IMG/VR virus record: IMGVR_UViG_3300042305_002088
Location: 39,279 to 103,278 of that record
Direction: 5' to 3' (one strand)
Length of the DNA: 64,000 bases
Origin: a virus
In this document: positions 19,647 through 29,153 of the stretch, piece after piece
Layout of the letters: each line of letters opens with the position of its first letter
How positions within the stretch are numbered: the first letter of the stretch is position 1
Translations under genes and position numbers: made by a program
Notes under the pieces: generated by a model
The model's database searches: none
The model's input: the letters and a program-made list of their open reading frames with translations, nothing else
What the model was told of the DNA's origin: nothing

Positions 19647-20549
19647 ATGAGCTTTTTATATAAGGCAAAATTATTAGATCAAGAGATATTCTATAGTGAG
19701 TTAAGGGTTTATCAGCATAAAAAACTTTTAAAATGCTTTATAGGAGATCAAATACAGCCAGATGTTTTAATAAAGAACCTTAATGATATAATTTTTCAAA
19801 ATACACAACTATCTGAAAAAGATATTGAAAAAATGTCTTTCTTTGATTACTTTTTATTAGTATTGTATTTACGTTATACAAGTATCGGTGATTTAATTTT
19901 TGCTGAAATTGTTACTGATAAAAAGACAAAATTAGAAATCAGTATTAATAAAATGTTAAAAGAGTTTTATTCTTTTAATATTCAAGATATTTTAAAATCA
20001 ACTATATTAGAGAATTTCGAAATCGGTTATAAAATACCAGATATATATTCTATTTTAAAGCTTCAAGACAAAGTAATCCAAAATACTTTTTACTTATATT
20101 TTTTAAAATATATAAAAGTAGGAGACCAAATTTTAAATTTAGAAAAATTTAACGATACCGAGAAACAGATTATATTTGATAGTCTGCCTGCTAAGGTTAC
20201 TGCCCAAATTATCAAACATACCTCAATGATTATTAAAACAATTAATAACTTTAACATTTTAACATTTTTGCCCGGACTTGAAGCAAAAATTTATTTTAAT
20301 CTGAACATAGAAAACTTTTGCAGTTTAATAAGATTATTAGTTGGAGGGGATTTACTAAGCCTTTATGAAAACATTTTTGCTCTTAGTAAGTATGGAAATC
20401 TACCCCCTGAGTACATAGAGCAATGCACACCTGGTGAATACTTGTTCTTTGTTAAGAAGTTAGAAGAAATTGCTAAAAAACGAGCAGCTGAAAATATGCC
20501 ACCCTCTGATATGAGTGAAACACCATTTGATGATGGTATAAGTGGATAA
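19647..20549 (+). CDS. Baseplate hub assembly protein (gp26-like with gp51-like C-terminus)
   Basis: 'FFDYFLLVLYLRYTSIGD' (gp26-like) and 'LYENIFALSKY...IEQCTPGEYLFFVKKL' (gp51-like). Confidence 0.55.
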   Translation: MSFLYKAKLLDQEIFYSELRVYQHKKLLKCFIGDQIQPDVLIKNLNDIIFQNTQLSEKDIEKMSFFDYFLLVLYLRYTSIGDLIFAEIVTDKKTKLEISINKMLKEFYSFNIQDILKSTILENFEIGYKIPDIYSILKLQDKVIQNTFYLYFLKYIKVGDQILNLEKFNDTEKQIIFDSLPAKVTAQIIKHTSMIIKTINNFNILTFLPGLEAKIYFNLNIENFCSLIRLLVGGDLLSLYENIFALSKYGNLPPEYIEQCTPGEYLFFVKKLEEIAKKRAAENMPPSDMSETPFDDGISG

Positions 20550-20563
20550 TTATTTTACACAAA

Positions 20564-20571
20564 TATAAATA
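20564..20571 (+). promoter_or_regulatory. Canonical T4 late promoter TATAAATA
   Basis: Exact consensus, 5 nt before ATG 20577. Confidence 0.7.
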
Positions 20572-20576
20572 CCGCT

Positions 20577-21443
20577 ATGAGTGAAATTATAGAACAAGCC
20601 CAGCCCACCCCTAAAGAAAGTCTTAGTAGCATCTTATCTCTTCTTAGTAACGAAGATTCTAAACTAACATTTAGTATTTTAGTACCCTCTCTTCAACAAG
20701 AGATAACTTTCAAACAGCTTACTACAGAACAGCTTAAAAGACTTTTAAAGACTATCATTGATTCTCCTGTTTATAATACCGAGTTTACCCTTACTATTAA
20801 TAGTGTCATTAAAGAGAATTGCACAGATAAAACTATTGATACCGGTAAATTTACCATTTTTGATAAGTTATTTATTGTCTTTAAAACAAGAATAGAAAGT
20901 ATATCTGATACCTATATAGTTAAATTTACAGATGAGGAAATTAAAGACAATAACTTAACTGAAAAATCTTTATCTATTAATCTCGTTGAACGTTTAGATA
21001 ACTTTGCAAAACAGAACAACACATTTGATAACAAAGACTATTCTTTAAATGAATTTACTATCACATGCTCATTACCTACTTTGGAAATTGAAAATAAATT
21101 TGAAAAAGAACTTCATAAAAACATTAAGACAGATATTAACACACCTGAAGAACTACGAGAAATTATCGGTAGCACCTTTGTAAATGAGATTAGCAAATAC
21201 ATTACTAAGCTTCAGATAGGTGAAAAAGTTATTGATCTATCTAATTACAACTTTAAAGAACGAGTTAAAGTAATAGAAAAACTTCCAACAAATTTAATCA
21301 ATAATGCCATCAAATTTATTGAAAAATATAAAGACCTTACCGGTTTGTTATTTAAGATTAATACAGACATTAAAGACACTACTGGCAATAGTGTAGTACT
21401 CGAAAAAGAACTTCCATACGACGCAACTTTCTTCAATATCTAG
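20577..21443 (+). CDS. Baseplate hub assembly protein (gp26-like)
   Basis: 'VPSLQQEITFKQLTTEQLKRLL', 'TIFDKLFIVFKTRIESIS', terminal 'FF'. Confidence 0.6.
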   Translation: MSEIIEQAQPTPKESLSSILSLLSNEDSKLTFSILVPSLQQEITFKQLTTEQLKRLLKTIIDSPVYNTEFTLTINSVIKENCTDKTIDTGKFTIFDKLFIVFKTRIESISDTYIVKFTDEEIKDNNLTEKSLSINLVERLDNFAKQNNTFDNKDYSLNEFTITCSLPTLEIENKFEKELHKNIKTDINTPEELREIIGSTFVNEISKYITKLQIGEKVIDLSNYNFKERVKVIEKLPTNLINNAIKFIEKYKDLTGLLFKINTDIKDTTGNSVVLEKELPYDATFFNI

Positions 21444-21468
21444 GCTTCTCTTCTTAAATATTTAAGAA

Positions 21469-23742
21469 GTGACAGCATCAACGTTCTTACAGTCAAATCC
21501 TGAATTAATTGATATTCTAGCGGATTTATTGTCTTCAAAGTTTGACATTCCCCCGGATATGTTGAAGACAATAACCCAGAAAGCTATAGCTACTTCTACA
21601 CGCAAAACAAACATTTTAATAGATAAAACTCTCAAAGAGAGATTAAAAGATATTAATGATAGATTTAAAGAGAGCGGGTTAATTGGTTTAACAAAAGATT
21701 TTCTTAAAAGCAAAGCACAAGCTAAAATAACCCCTGCAAAAGAAAAAACAGTTACTGAATTAACTGTACCAAAGTCTAAAGAGTTACCTACCTTACCTTC
21801 TATTATACCATCTAATATACAAACTTTAGGGTCTGAAAAAAGCGGTTCAGAAGCAGATAGAAAATTAACTGAAGAAAAAAAAGAACCGATACCTGTATTA
21901 TTAGCCGGTATTACTAACGACGGTGAAAAAAGCTTAAGAGAAAAATTACCCGGTATTTTTGAAGATATCTTTAAAAAGATGCCTAAACAAGAACAAAAAG
22001 AGGATATGAAGTCTCAATTCTCTGAAAAAGGTCTTTTAGGTCTATTACCAAAAGGTTTATTAGGTTTAGGGGCTGGTGTTGCGCTGCTGCTGGGCGGTTT
22101 AGGAGCTTTAGTGGCAGGTCTTCAGACAGAAGGACCTTTTAAAGGTCTTCTTAAAATTTTTAGTAGAGTTGGTCTTGAAGGTGGTTTAAAACTTTTACAA
22201 AAAAGCGCTCTAACATTTTATAAATCCATATCTTCTTTTGTAGAGGCTCCAATTCGTTTGCTACAAACAGCAGCAAAATCTATAACCGAAATTTTTACAA
22301 CAGGAGCTTTAAAGGGAGTAGGCGGGTTATTAAAAGGCGCTAAAGGTATCTTCACTAAGATGTTTGGTGGTGTAATAAAATTTTTAACCCCTTTTGTTAA
22401 GAGAATACCTTTTGTTGGCTCGTTAATTAGTTGGGGATTTGCATATTCTCGTTTTAAGTCAGGGGATATAGTAGGCGGAGCCATAGATCTTTTATCCGGT
22501 ATCGCGACGCTTTTCCCCGGTATAGGTACCGCCATAGGTATTGGATTAGATATACTCAACGCTTTCTTAGATTATAAATCTGGAGGTGCTGATAAAAAAG
22601 CATCACAGAAAAAAGGTAATATATTATGGGATTGGGTTAAAGGTCTCGGTAGTATGATCTGGAAAGGCATAAAATATGTCCCTGTGATTGGCCCGTTACT
22701 TGACATGGTTGAATCAATTACAAAAGGTAATTGGTTTGATGCTCTATGGAATTTTGCTCGTATTAACCCGTTATTTGACCCTCTAGTAGGTATTATAGAA
22801 TACTTCACTGGTGGCAACATAAAAGAGGAGGCGCAAAAAGGAGTAATAAACTTTGCAAGTAAAATGCTCGACTGGGGTAAAGGTCTCAGTAAATGGGTTT
22901 ATGAAGGTGCTAAAAAGCTTCCAGTAATTGGTCAGCTTATTAAGACAGGGGAGTTTTTATTACAAGGAGAATGGAGTAAGGCTCTTGTAGCGTTTTCTCG
23001 TGTAATACCTGGCGTCGGTTGGGTAATGGATATGCTTGGCTTTACTGAAGAAAAACAATTACAAGCAACAGAGAAAGGTTTAGATGCAATTAAAGGTCTT
23101 TGGAAATGGATTAAAGATTCACTTTGGGAAAAAGTTACCGGCTTTGTTGGTAGTTTAATTGACAGTGTTAAAGACTGGTGGAACAATTTATCTTTGGACC
23201 CTCGTTCTTGGGTAGGTATGGGCCCTCAGGCCCCTGAACCAACTACCTCTCAAACCACCCAATCTACATCTACTCAATCAACTCAGCAGACTACCCCCCA
23301 GACTACATCAACACCTAACTCTGCACCTCTTTCTACAACGCCCGAACCAATAATACCTATAAGTACGCCCGAACCAATAATACCTATAAGTAGCGAAAAA
23401 ATTATAACTCAAACAACAAACCCCTTAATAGGGGAAGCGGCACCCGAAATTACAACACCTTCAGAAACTCTATTAAGTGGTGCGTTTGGAGATGAAAATA
23501 ATATTTTAAATAATAAAGCTCTTGAAGATATTGCTAGTAATACCGGAGACACAAATAATGCTATAGGTAATTTAACAAATGCTATTTTTAAATTAGCTCA
23601 AACTTTTGCAAAACAACAGCCACAAGCTGGTAATAATATTATAATTAACGGTCAGCAGCAAAGTAACATACCTTCAGCCTCGCAAATTGCTGCTACTAAT
23701 GTTGACCCAATAAGAAATATTAGAGCCCAATTTGCGATTTAA
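21469..23742 (+). CDS. Tape-measure-like / hub protein (gp29-like)
   Basis: Gly/Leu-rich amphipathic repeats (xPxIGxLI, WxW spacing), hydrophobic segments, T/P-rich linker, tail-module position. Confidence 0.7.
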   Translation: MTASTFLQSNPELIDILADLLSSKFDIPPDMLKTITQKAIATSTRKTNILIDKTLKERLKDINDRFKESGLIGLTKDFLKSKAQAKITPAKEKTVTELTVPKSKELPTLPSIIPSNIQTLGSEKSGSEADRKLTEEKKEPIPVLLAGITNDGEKSLREKLPGIFEDIFKKMPKQEQKEDMKSQFSEKGLLGLLPKGLLGLGAGVALLLGGLGALVAGLQTEGPFKGLLKIFSRVGLEGGLKLLQKSALTFYKSISSFVEAPIRLLQTAAKSITEIFTTGALKGVGGLLKGAKGIFTKMFGGVIKFLTPFVKRIPFVGSLISWGFAYSRFKSGDIVGGAIDLLSGIATLFPGIGTAIGIGLDILNAFLDYKSGGADKKASQKKGNILWDWVKGLGSMIWKGIKYVPVIGPLLDMVESITKGNWFDALWNFARINPLFDPLVGIIEYFTGGNIKEEAQKGVINFASKMLDWGKGLSKWVYEGAKKLPVIGQLIKTGEFLLQGEWSKALVAFSRVIPGVGWVMDMLGFTEEKQLQATEKGLDAIKGLWKWIKDSLWEKVTGFVGSLIDSVKDWWNNLSLDPRSWVGMGPQAPEPTTSQTTQSTSTQSTQQTTPQTTSTPNSAPLSTTPEPIIPISTPEPIIPISSEKIITQTTNPLIGEAAPEITTPSETLLSGAFGDENNILNNKALEDIASNTGDTNNAIGNLTNAIFKLAQTFAKQQPQAGNNIIINGQQQSNIPSASQIAATNVDPIRNIRAQFAI
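23338..23391 (+). repeat. Perfect in-frame 27-bp tandem duplication (TPEPIIPIS x2)
   Basis: ACGCCCGAACCAATAATACCTATAAGT at 23338-23364 and 23365-23391. Confidence 0.95.
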
Positions 23743-23752
23743 ATAATATAAT

Positions 23753-24796
23753 ATGGCCGCTCAACCAACAGATACATATAAAAAAATATATGAACCTAAA
23801 CCCCAAACAGGTGGTGGAGGATTAGCTAGTCTATATAAACCTTCTGGAGGCACATACGGTTATGTAAACGTTGTAAAGGATTATGAATGGACTTTATCCC
23901 CTTCCTATATTCGAGATACAGCTCCCGTAGTGGTTCTTAAAGAATATGAAGTTAATGAAACAGCTATAAAAAGACAATTATATTTTTACGGAGCAGGGGC
24001 TACCGGACAGACAAGTGATACTACTAAAGGTATACTCGCACCTTATGCAGAATTATTTCCAAAAGATAAACCTACAGGATTTGTTTATCAGCTTCCTTAT
24101 TTAACTGATATAAATTTTCAATTAAACACCCCTCAGTGGGCCTCACTAGATACCCTTGAACAAGGTCAAAAATTTGCTAGTAGCGTGGCAGGTGTTATAG
24201 GTGGGCAAGGTGCAGCTGCTACTACTGAAGCAATTCTTGGCGCTGCTGGTGGAGCTTATATGGGTGCACAAGCTTTAAGTTACCCAAAAGTAGGTATCAT
24301 GGATAGACCAAAATTATGGCAAAGCCATGATTTTCGAACAACAGAAATTAGATTCCCTCTCTTCAATACTCATACAGTAAATGTATGGCAGCGTAATAGG
24401 GATTTATGTTGGCTTTTAATAAATCAAAATTTGTATAATAAAAGAGACTTCATTACAAGTGTGCCTCCTGTATTTTACGAACTATACGTCCCTGGTCAGC
24501 ATTATAGTATTGCTGCCTGTGTGACTAATATTACAGTTACCAATCGAGGAAATATGAGAAGAATGGTAGGTTCTGATGGAATGGAGAGCAATGTACCGGA
24601 CGTTTATGATGTACAGCTCACTTTAACAGACATGGTTATGCCAAGTAAAAATTTACTACAAACACTAGAAAATAGAACTGTAAGAGTACAAGTATTTCAA
24701 TCTCAAACAGGGATCGGTGCTCGTGCTACTGAAGCTACTGTTAACGCTGCTGGACAAATAGAGGAAGGTATTAGAGAAACAAGCCAACCAACCTAA
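23753..24796 (+). CDS. Baseplate tube-cap protein (gp48-like)
   Basis: Tube-fold features with a Gly/Ala-rich insert. Lies between tape measure and gp53-like gene. Confidence 0.5.
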   Translation: MAAQPTDTYKKIYEPKPQTGGGGLASLYKPSGGTYGYVNVVKDYEWTLSPSYIRDTAPVVVLKEYEVNETAIKRQLYFYGAGATGQTSDTTKGILAPYAELFPKDKPTGFVYQLPYLTDINFQLNTPQWASLDTLEQGQKFASSVAGVIGGQGAAATTEAILGAAGGAYMGAQALSYPKVGIMDRPKLWQSHDFRTTEIRFPLFNTHTVNVWQRNRDLCWLLINQNLYNKRDFITSVPPVFYELYVPGQHYSIAACVTNITVTNRGNMRRMVGSDGMESNVPDVYDVQLTLTDMVMPSKNLLQTLENRTVRVQVFQSQTGIGARATEATVNAAGQIEEGIRETSQPT

Positions 24797-24805
24797 AATT
24801 AATAT

Positions 24806-25156
24806 ATGAAACAAAACAGTATTAAAGATTTACCTAAACTAAGACCTGATTGTTACGAAAATATTTTTAATATCTATGAAGATGTTAGCGGTCTTTATTT
24901 TTATAATATATTACAAACTATTTCATTACCTGATAATTTACCCAAAGGGTATTATAAAGAATATAATGTAGTGTACGGTGATACTTGGCCTTTAATTTCA
25001 TATAAAAATTATAATACTCCAAATTTATGGTGGTTGATACTAATGGCTAATAAAATAAATAACCCAACAGTTCAGCCACAAGTTGGTCAAAAAATTGACA
25101 TACTAAACAATAATGTAGCTCGTTCTGTTTTATCCCAAATAACTGTATCTGAATAA
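24806..25156 (+). CDS. gp53: Baseplate wedge protein with LysM-like fold (gp53-like)
   Basis: 'YNVVYGDTWPLISYKNYNTPNLWWLILMANKINNP'. Confidence 0.8.
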   Translation: MKQNSIKDLPKLRPDCYENIFNIYEDVSGLYFYNILQTISLPDNLPKGYYKEYNVVYGDTWPLISYKNYNTPNLWWLILMANKINNPTVQPQVGQKIDILNNNVARSVLSQITVSE

Positions 25157-25157
25157 A

Positions 25158-26774
25158 ATGGCAGAAGTAACTACAAAGTTTAATCAATTACTACATAGCG
25201 TTGAAATTTACATCGAGACTGGTAACGGTCAAAAGTACAACGTTAACCCTAATTCTATTGTAAATTTTTCTATTGAAGATACCCTATCAAACTGGGTAAC
25301 TCAAGGTACTTTATCCTTTTTTTATAACCCTGATATTGATGGCAACACAATTTACGATTCCCGGACAGGTAACGATGTAAAAGCAACAGACGGGTTAACA
25401 AATAGCGATGAAACAGCTAGTTTAAACTTTACTTGCGACGGAAATGATAACGTTTTTATTCATATAGTACCTAAAACAGAAAATACTAACTCAGCATCTG
25501 TTGGAGGTGTTTCAACACCTGAATTTAACATACCTGAAGACTCTGTATTCTGGAGTATAACTCATAAAATGGCCATATACGATATGGAAGATATAGATCT
25601 ACCACCCGGTGCTCAAAACGCTGCCTCTTCTACTCTTAAATGTTATAAGCTTTATTTTTGGGATTACTGGTATCAAAAATTACTAACTAATGTTATAGAG
25701 TATTCAACCGGGGAATCGTCTAATGCTAACCCTCAATCTGATATTGAAAAGGGTTATGAGCACCCGGGTACTATACCAACAGGTATTGCTATGAAGGAGA
25801 TTTTAGAAAAAGGATTAGAAGATGAATTAAAAATAGGTGAAGGAGAGGACTGGGAAGATGGAGCTACAAATATATTTTATACTGCCCCTGCTCAAGCAAC
25901 AGCGTATGATAATTTAACGTACATTTACGAACAACATATTAGTAATAAGAGTTCCGGAGATATACACGATCAAAGTATACTATTAAAAGAAAAAGGTCCT
26001 AACTTTAAAGACACCGGATACCTAACGTTACGACCTATTTCACATTTTTTCGAAAAGGCAGGTAACTCAGAAAAAAGCCCAGGGGAATATCAAATTGAAC
26101 ATTTCTTTTTACAGAGTTATACTGACAGCGATACTGAAGGATCTCGACCTACTAAAAACTTTAAAGCGCCTATAGCTGAAAACTCTAGTAATATAGAGGT
26201 AGATATTAAAACTTTAAAATATCATCAAATCACTAATTACCGTTTTGTTGATGTTGCTTCAATTACTAATTCTCGGGAGTTTTTATCTCGACCTGTTTAT
26301 TCAGTTAACTTTAAAACTCGAGAACTCTTAGTTGAGTTTCAGGCTAATAAAGTTGATGCTGCTAAAAAATTTATCGCTGATAATTACATTTCCCAGTTAT
26401 ATAAGGGTGGTGGTTCTCCAGAAGATTTATTCTTAATTAACGTCGATAAAAACAAACAAAGTAAAAATATAAGACCTGTGTTTTCTTTATTCCGAGACGA
26501 ATCTAAAGGTAGACAAGCGGTAGGGGCTCAAAAAATATTATACACCGGGCTTTATCATAATGCCTGTATAAACTTTAGAACTTTAGGCCTCACTTATCGA
26601 GAGCCGGGCCGTTTTATAGCAATCGATAAAACCGAGGGTGTCGAGTCTGGAGATTTTCAGAATAAATTTTTCGGTCAGTGGTTTGTAATAAACGTAAAAC
26701 ATATTTTTGAATCTGAAATGTATTATAACGATATTACTGCTGTTAAAATACATAGATTTGAACCTTTAAGTTAG
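25158..26774 (+). CDS. Baseplate hub protein (gp27-like)
   Basis: C-terminal 'GLTYREPGRFIAI...FFGQWFVINVKHIF' typical of hub proteins. Confidence 0.6.
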   Translation: MAEVTTKFNQLLHSVEIYIETGNGQKYNVNPNSIVNFSIEDTLSNWVTQGTLSFFYNPDIDGNTIYDSRTGNDVKATDGLTNSDETASLNFTCDGNDNVFIHIVPKTENTNSASVGGVSTPEFNIPEDSVFWSITHKMAIYDMEDIDLPPGAQNAASSTLKCYKLYFWDYWYQKLLTNVIEYSTGESSNANPQSDIEKGYEHPGTIPTGIAMKEILEKGLEDELKIGEGEDWEDGATNIFYTAPAQATAYDNLTYIYEQHISNKSSGDIHDQSILLKEKGPNFKDTGYLTLRPISHFFEKAGNSEKSPGEYQIEHFFLQSYTDSDTEGSRPTKNFKAPIAENSSNIEVDIKTLKYHQITNYRFVDVASITNSREFLSRPVYSVNFKTRELLVEFQANKVDAAKKFIADNYISQLYKGGGSPEDLFLINVDKNKQSKNIRPVFSLFRDESKGRQAVGAQKILYTGLYHNACINFRTLGLTYREPGRFIAIDKTEGVESGDFQNKFFGQWFVINVKHIFESEMYYNDITAVKIHRFEPLS

Positions 26775-26790
26775 CAAGATAAATAAACTT

Positions 26791-27036
26791 ATGAACGGTT
26801 TTTTCTCAACTATTACTATGGAAAACGGGGGTTATATTGGTACTGTTTTTAATTCATCAACAAATCAACAAGTGTATCAAACCCAGCCTCATCCATCTCA
26901 ACTTTTAGCTACAAGAGATATGAATAACTTTATTAAAAGAGGGCAGACAAATATCTCTACTACAGACGCTGTTCCAACCACACAAACCACAACTCCAACA
27001 GTCTACTCTAGCCCGAAACGTTGTTGTGGCCGTTAA
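26791..27036 (+). CDS. Small hypothetical late protein ending in RCCGR
   Basis: 81 aa. TAAATA 5 nt upstream. Confidence 0.55.
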   Translation: MNGFFSTITMENGGYIGTVFNSSTNQQVYQTQPHPSQLLATRDMNNFIKRGQTNISTTDAVPTTQTTTPTVYSSPKRCCGR

Positions 27037-27938
27037 TTATAGAGTTTTAAACAGGTACTAAACCAATTAATCTCTTTATCAATTACGATGGCATCTTTAT
27101 ACATGCCTTCAGAGATTACAAGCAAGGTATTAGCATCTGAATTAGCTTCAAACATTACCTCAAACATCTCTTTAAGAAGCTGGAGATAGTCCCCGGAGAA
27201 TTCTTGCTCTCGTTCAATAACATACTTACGAAGTTCATGAGGTGTAACTTTACCTCTAATCTTGTCTACCACTTTACTAGCAATCCCTTTAACCTGATTG
27301 TCTTTAATCGTTAAAGTTCCAGTATAAGAGAACTTCTGAATATCGTTAATAATACGCCGTAAGTCAGGGTAACCAGAACGAACAAGTTCTACTAGCTTCT
27401 GTTTCTCGGTATCAGGAACGGTGATTCCCTCATTTTTAAGTATAGCTACTACTCTATTCAATACTCCATCTAAAGGAGGTGTTAAACTAAAGATCTGACA
27501 CCGCGATTGCAGAGCAGGAATGATCTTAAACAGATAGTTACAAGTAAAGATAAACCTTGTATTATGTGAATACTCTTCAATAACATTGCGAAGTGCTTTC
27601 TGTGAATCTAAAGTAAGGGCATCACATTCATCAAAGAGTACAATTTTTAACTTACCATCTAAAGACTTTGTAGAGGCAAACCCGATAACTTTAGAACGTA
27701 TCGTGTCAATACCGTTCTCGTCAGAAGCATTAATGTAAAGATACTGACAATCTAGGATATCATTTGCGATGATCTTAGAGAGTGTAGTCTTACCAGTACC
27801 TGGGTTACCAGCAAATAAAAGATTTGGTACCTCTTCTTTACTCTTAAGAGACTCAAAGTATAACCGATCTTCGTTAGCAAGAACAATATCAGTTAAGGTC
27901 TTAGGCCTATACTTCTCAACAAATAGATTCTGAAACAT
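27033..27938 (-). CDS. gp44: Clamp loader AAA+ subunit (gp44/RFC-like)
   Basis: VEKYRP, GNPGTGKTT, INASDENGID, DECD, ALQSRC. Confidence 0.95.
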   Translation of the reverse strand: MFQNLFVEKYRPKTLTDIVLANEDRLYFESLKSKEEVPNLLFAGNPGTGKTTLSKIIANDILDCQYLYINASDENGIDTIRSKVIGFASTKSLDGKLKIVLFDECDALTLDSQKALRNVIEEYSHNTRFIFTCNYLFKIIPALQSRCQIFSLTPPLDGVLNRVVAILKNEGITVPDTEKQKLVELVRSGYPDLRRIINDIQKFSYTGTLTIKDNQVKGIASKVVDKIRGKVTPHELRKYVIEREQEFSGDYLQLLKEMFEVMFEANSDANTLLVISEGMYKDAIVIDKEINWFSTCLKLYN

Positions 27939-27944
27939 GAATAG

Positions 27945-27973
27945 ATTATACTATCAATGACCGGAACTGCCAA
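27945..27973 (-). promoter_or_regulatory. sigma70-like promoter for gp44
   Basis: Minus strand TTGGCA-17nt-TATAAT, 6 nt before ATG. Confidence 0.6.
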
Positions 27974-28427
27974 ATCCTTTTTCCCCTCGTTCAGTTTCAT
28001 GAACGGTTTCAGACCAAAACGAATCTAAAGTAACAAGAGGGTAGAGAACAAATTGTGCAACTCTGTCACCTTTCTTAACTGTATAATCGTTATCAGAATG
28101 ATTAAGAATACGAATACCTAAATCACCTCTATATTGATTATCAATAATTCCGTTGAAGGCTTGAAGACCGTATTTGAACTGTAAACCAGAACGAGACTCT
28201 ACTCTAATCCAAAACCCCGGTGGAAGATAAGCCAGTTTAAGACCAACAGGTACAATAGTGGCACCTCTTGCAGGAATAACAGTATCTTCAACTGCTGTTA
28301 CATCATAACCAGAATCTCCTGTTTGAGAGTCTTTATGATTACGTTCAGGTAGAACTGCATCAGGATGAGTTTTAAGAAACTTTACCCCTGAATTAGGACT
28401 TGTTGTATATGTGAATGAACTATTCAT
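27954..28427 (-). CDS. dut: Trimeric dUTPase
   Basis: SGYDV, RSGL, GIIDNQYRG, GDRVAQ, RGEKGFGSSG. Confidence 0.96.
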   Translation of the reverse strand: MNSSFTYTTSPNSGVKFLKTHPDAVLPERNHKDSQTGDSGYDVTAVEDTVIPARGATIVPVGLKLAYLPPGFWIRVESRSGLQFKYGLQAFNGIIDNQYRGDLGIRILNHSDNDYTVKKGDRVAQFVLYPLVTLDSFWSETVHETERGEKGFGSSGH

Positions 28428-28584
28428 TGATTAATTGACGTCCAGTGTAGTTACCTTCTTTAATTTCTCCAATAGGCTTTGCACCAGGTCTTACAGCATT
28501 AATTTCAAGCCACTGAATAAGCTGATCGAGTTTATCAGTAGGAACGATATAAGTCCCATTAATTGTGTTAACAATAGTTTCCAT
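28420..28584 (-). CDS. Small hypothetical protein (54 aa), absent from the ORF track
   Basis: METIVNTINGTYIVPTDKLDQLIQWLEINAVRPGAKPIGEIKEGNYTGRQLINE*. Fills the gap, overlaps the dut start, and has a promoter 6 nt upstream. Confidence 0.7.
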   Translation of the reverse strand: METIVNTINGTYIVPTDKLDQLIQWLEINAVRPGAKPIGEIKEGNYTGRQLINE

Positions 28585-28590
28585 CTCGAT

Positions 28591-28618
28591 ATAATACTAT
28601 AAAGTTTATAAAAAGCAA
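28591..28618 (-). promoter_or_regulatory. sigma70-like promoter for the small ORF-dut unit
   Basis: Minus strand TTGCTT-16nt-TATTAT, 6 nt before ATG 28584. Confidence 0.55.
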
Positions 28619-28638
28619 CTGGCAGCTTAATTAATTTG

Positions 28639-29148
28639 ATGTCAGATTTAGATACCCTTTTAGATGAACTGTCTTCTTTTTCGTTCCCTCAACCTACAAC
28701 AGCTAAGTCTGTACCTAGAGGTACCCCAACTCATATTACTGAAGATAATATTAACGATTATATTTTACAGAAAACCGGTACACTAATTGATGCTGGTCTC
28801 GGAGCTGTTAGTGATTTAAAAGACTTTATTGTACAAGGACAGAACCCTGATGAGATAGCCGCTCTTTCTGAACTTATTTCTTCTACCACCAAAGCTATCG
28901 AGGCTCTTAATAAAATTAACTTACAGAATAAAAAAGCTAAAACCGATAAAGAGCTTAAAGCTATTGATATTGAAGGTAAGAAAGCTATTGCCGGTTCTTT
29001 ACCAGGAAACGTTACCAACAATACAGTTAATTTGGTTGCCAGTAGAGAAGAGATCTTCAAACAGCTTTTAAACAATGTTCAAGAGGATGTTGTAGAAGCT
29101 ATTGAAGTAGTTGATTCTATTGTTATAGAAGAAAAAGAAGATAAATAA
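28639..29148 (+). CDS. gp16: Terminase small subunit (gp16-like)
   Basis: Helical 'PDEIAALSELISSTTKAIEAL' and C-terminal 'NNTVNLVASREEIFKQL' resemble gp16. ATG 28639 preferred over TTG 28636. Confidence 0.6.
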   Translation: MSDLDTLLDELSSFSFPQPTTAKSVPRGTPTHITEDNINDYILQKTGTLIDAGLGAVSDLKDFIVQGQNPDEIAALSELISSTTKAIEALNKINLQNKKAKTDKELKAIDIEGKKAIAGSLPGNVTNNTVNLVASREEIFKQLLNNVQEDVVEAIEVVDSIVIEEKEDK

Positions 29149-29153
29149 TTGAT

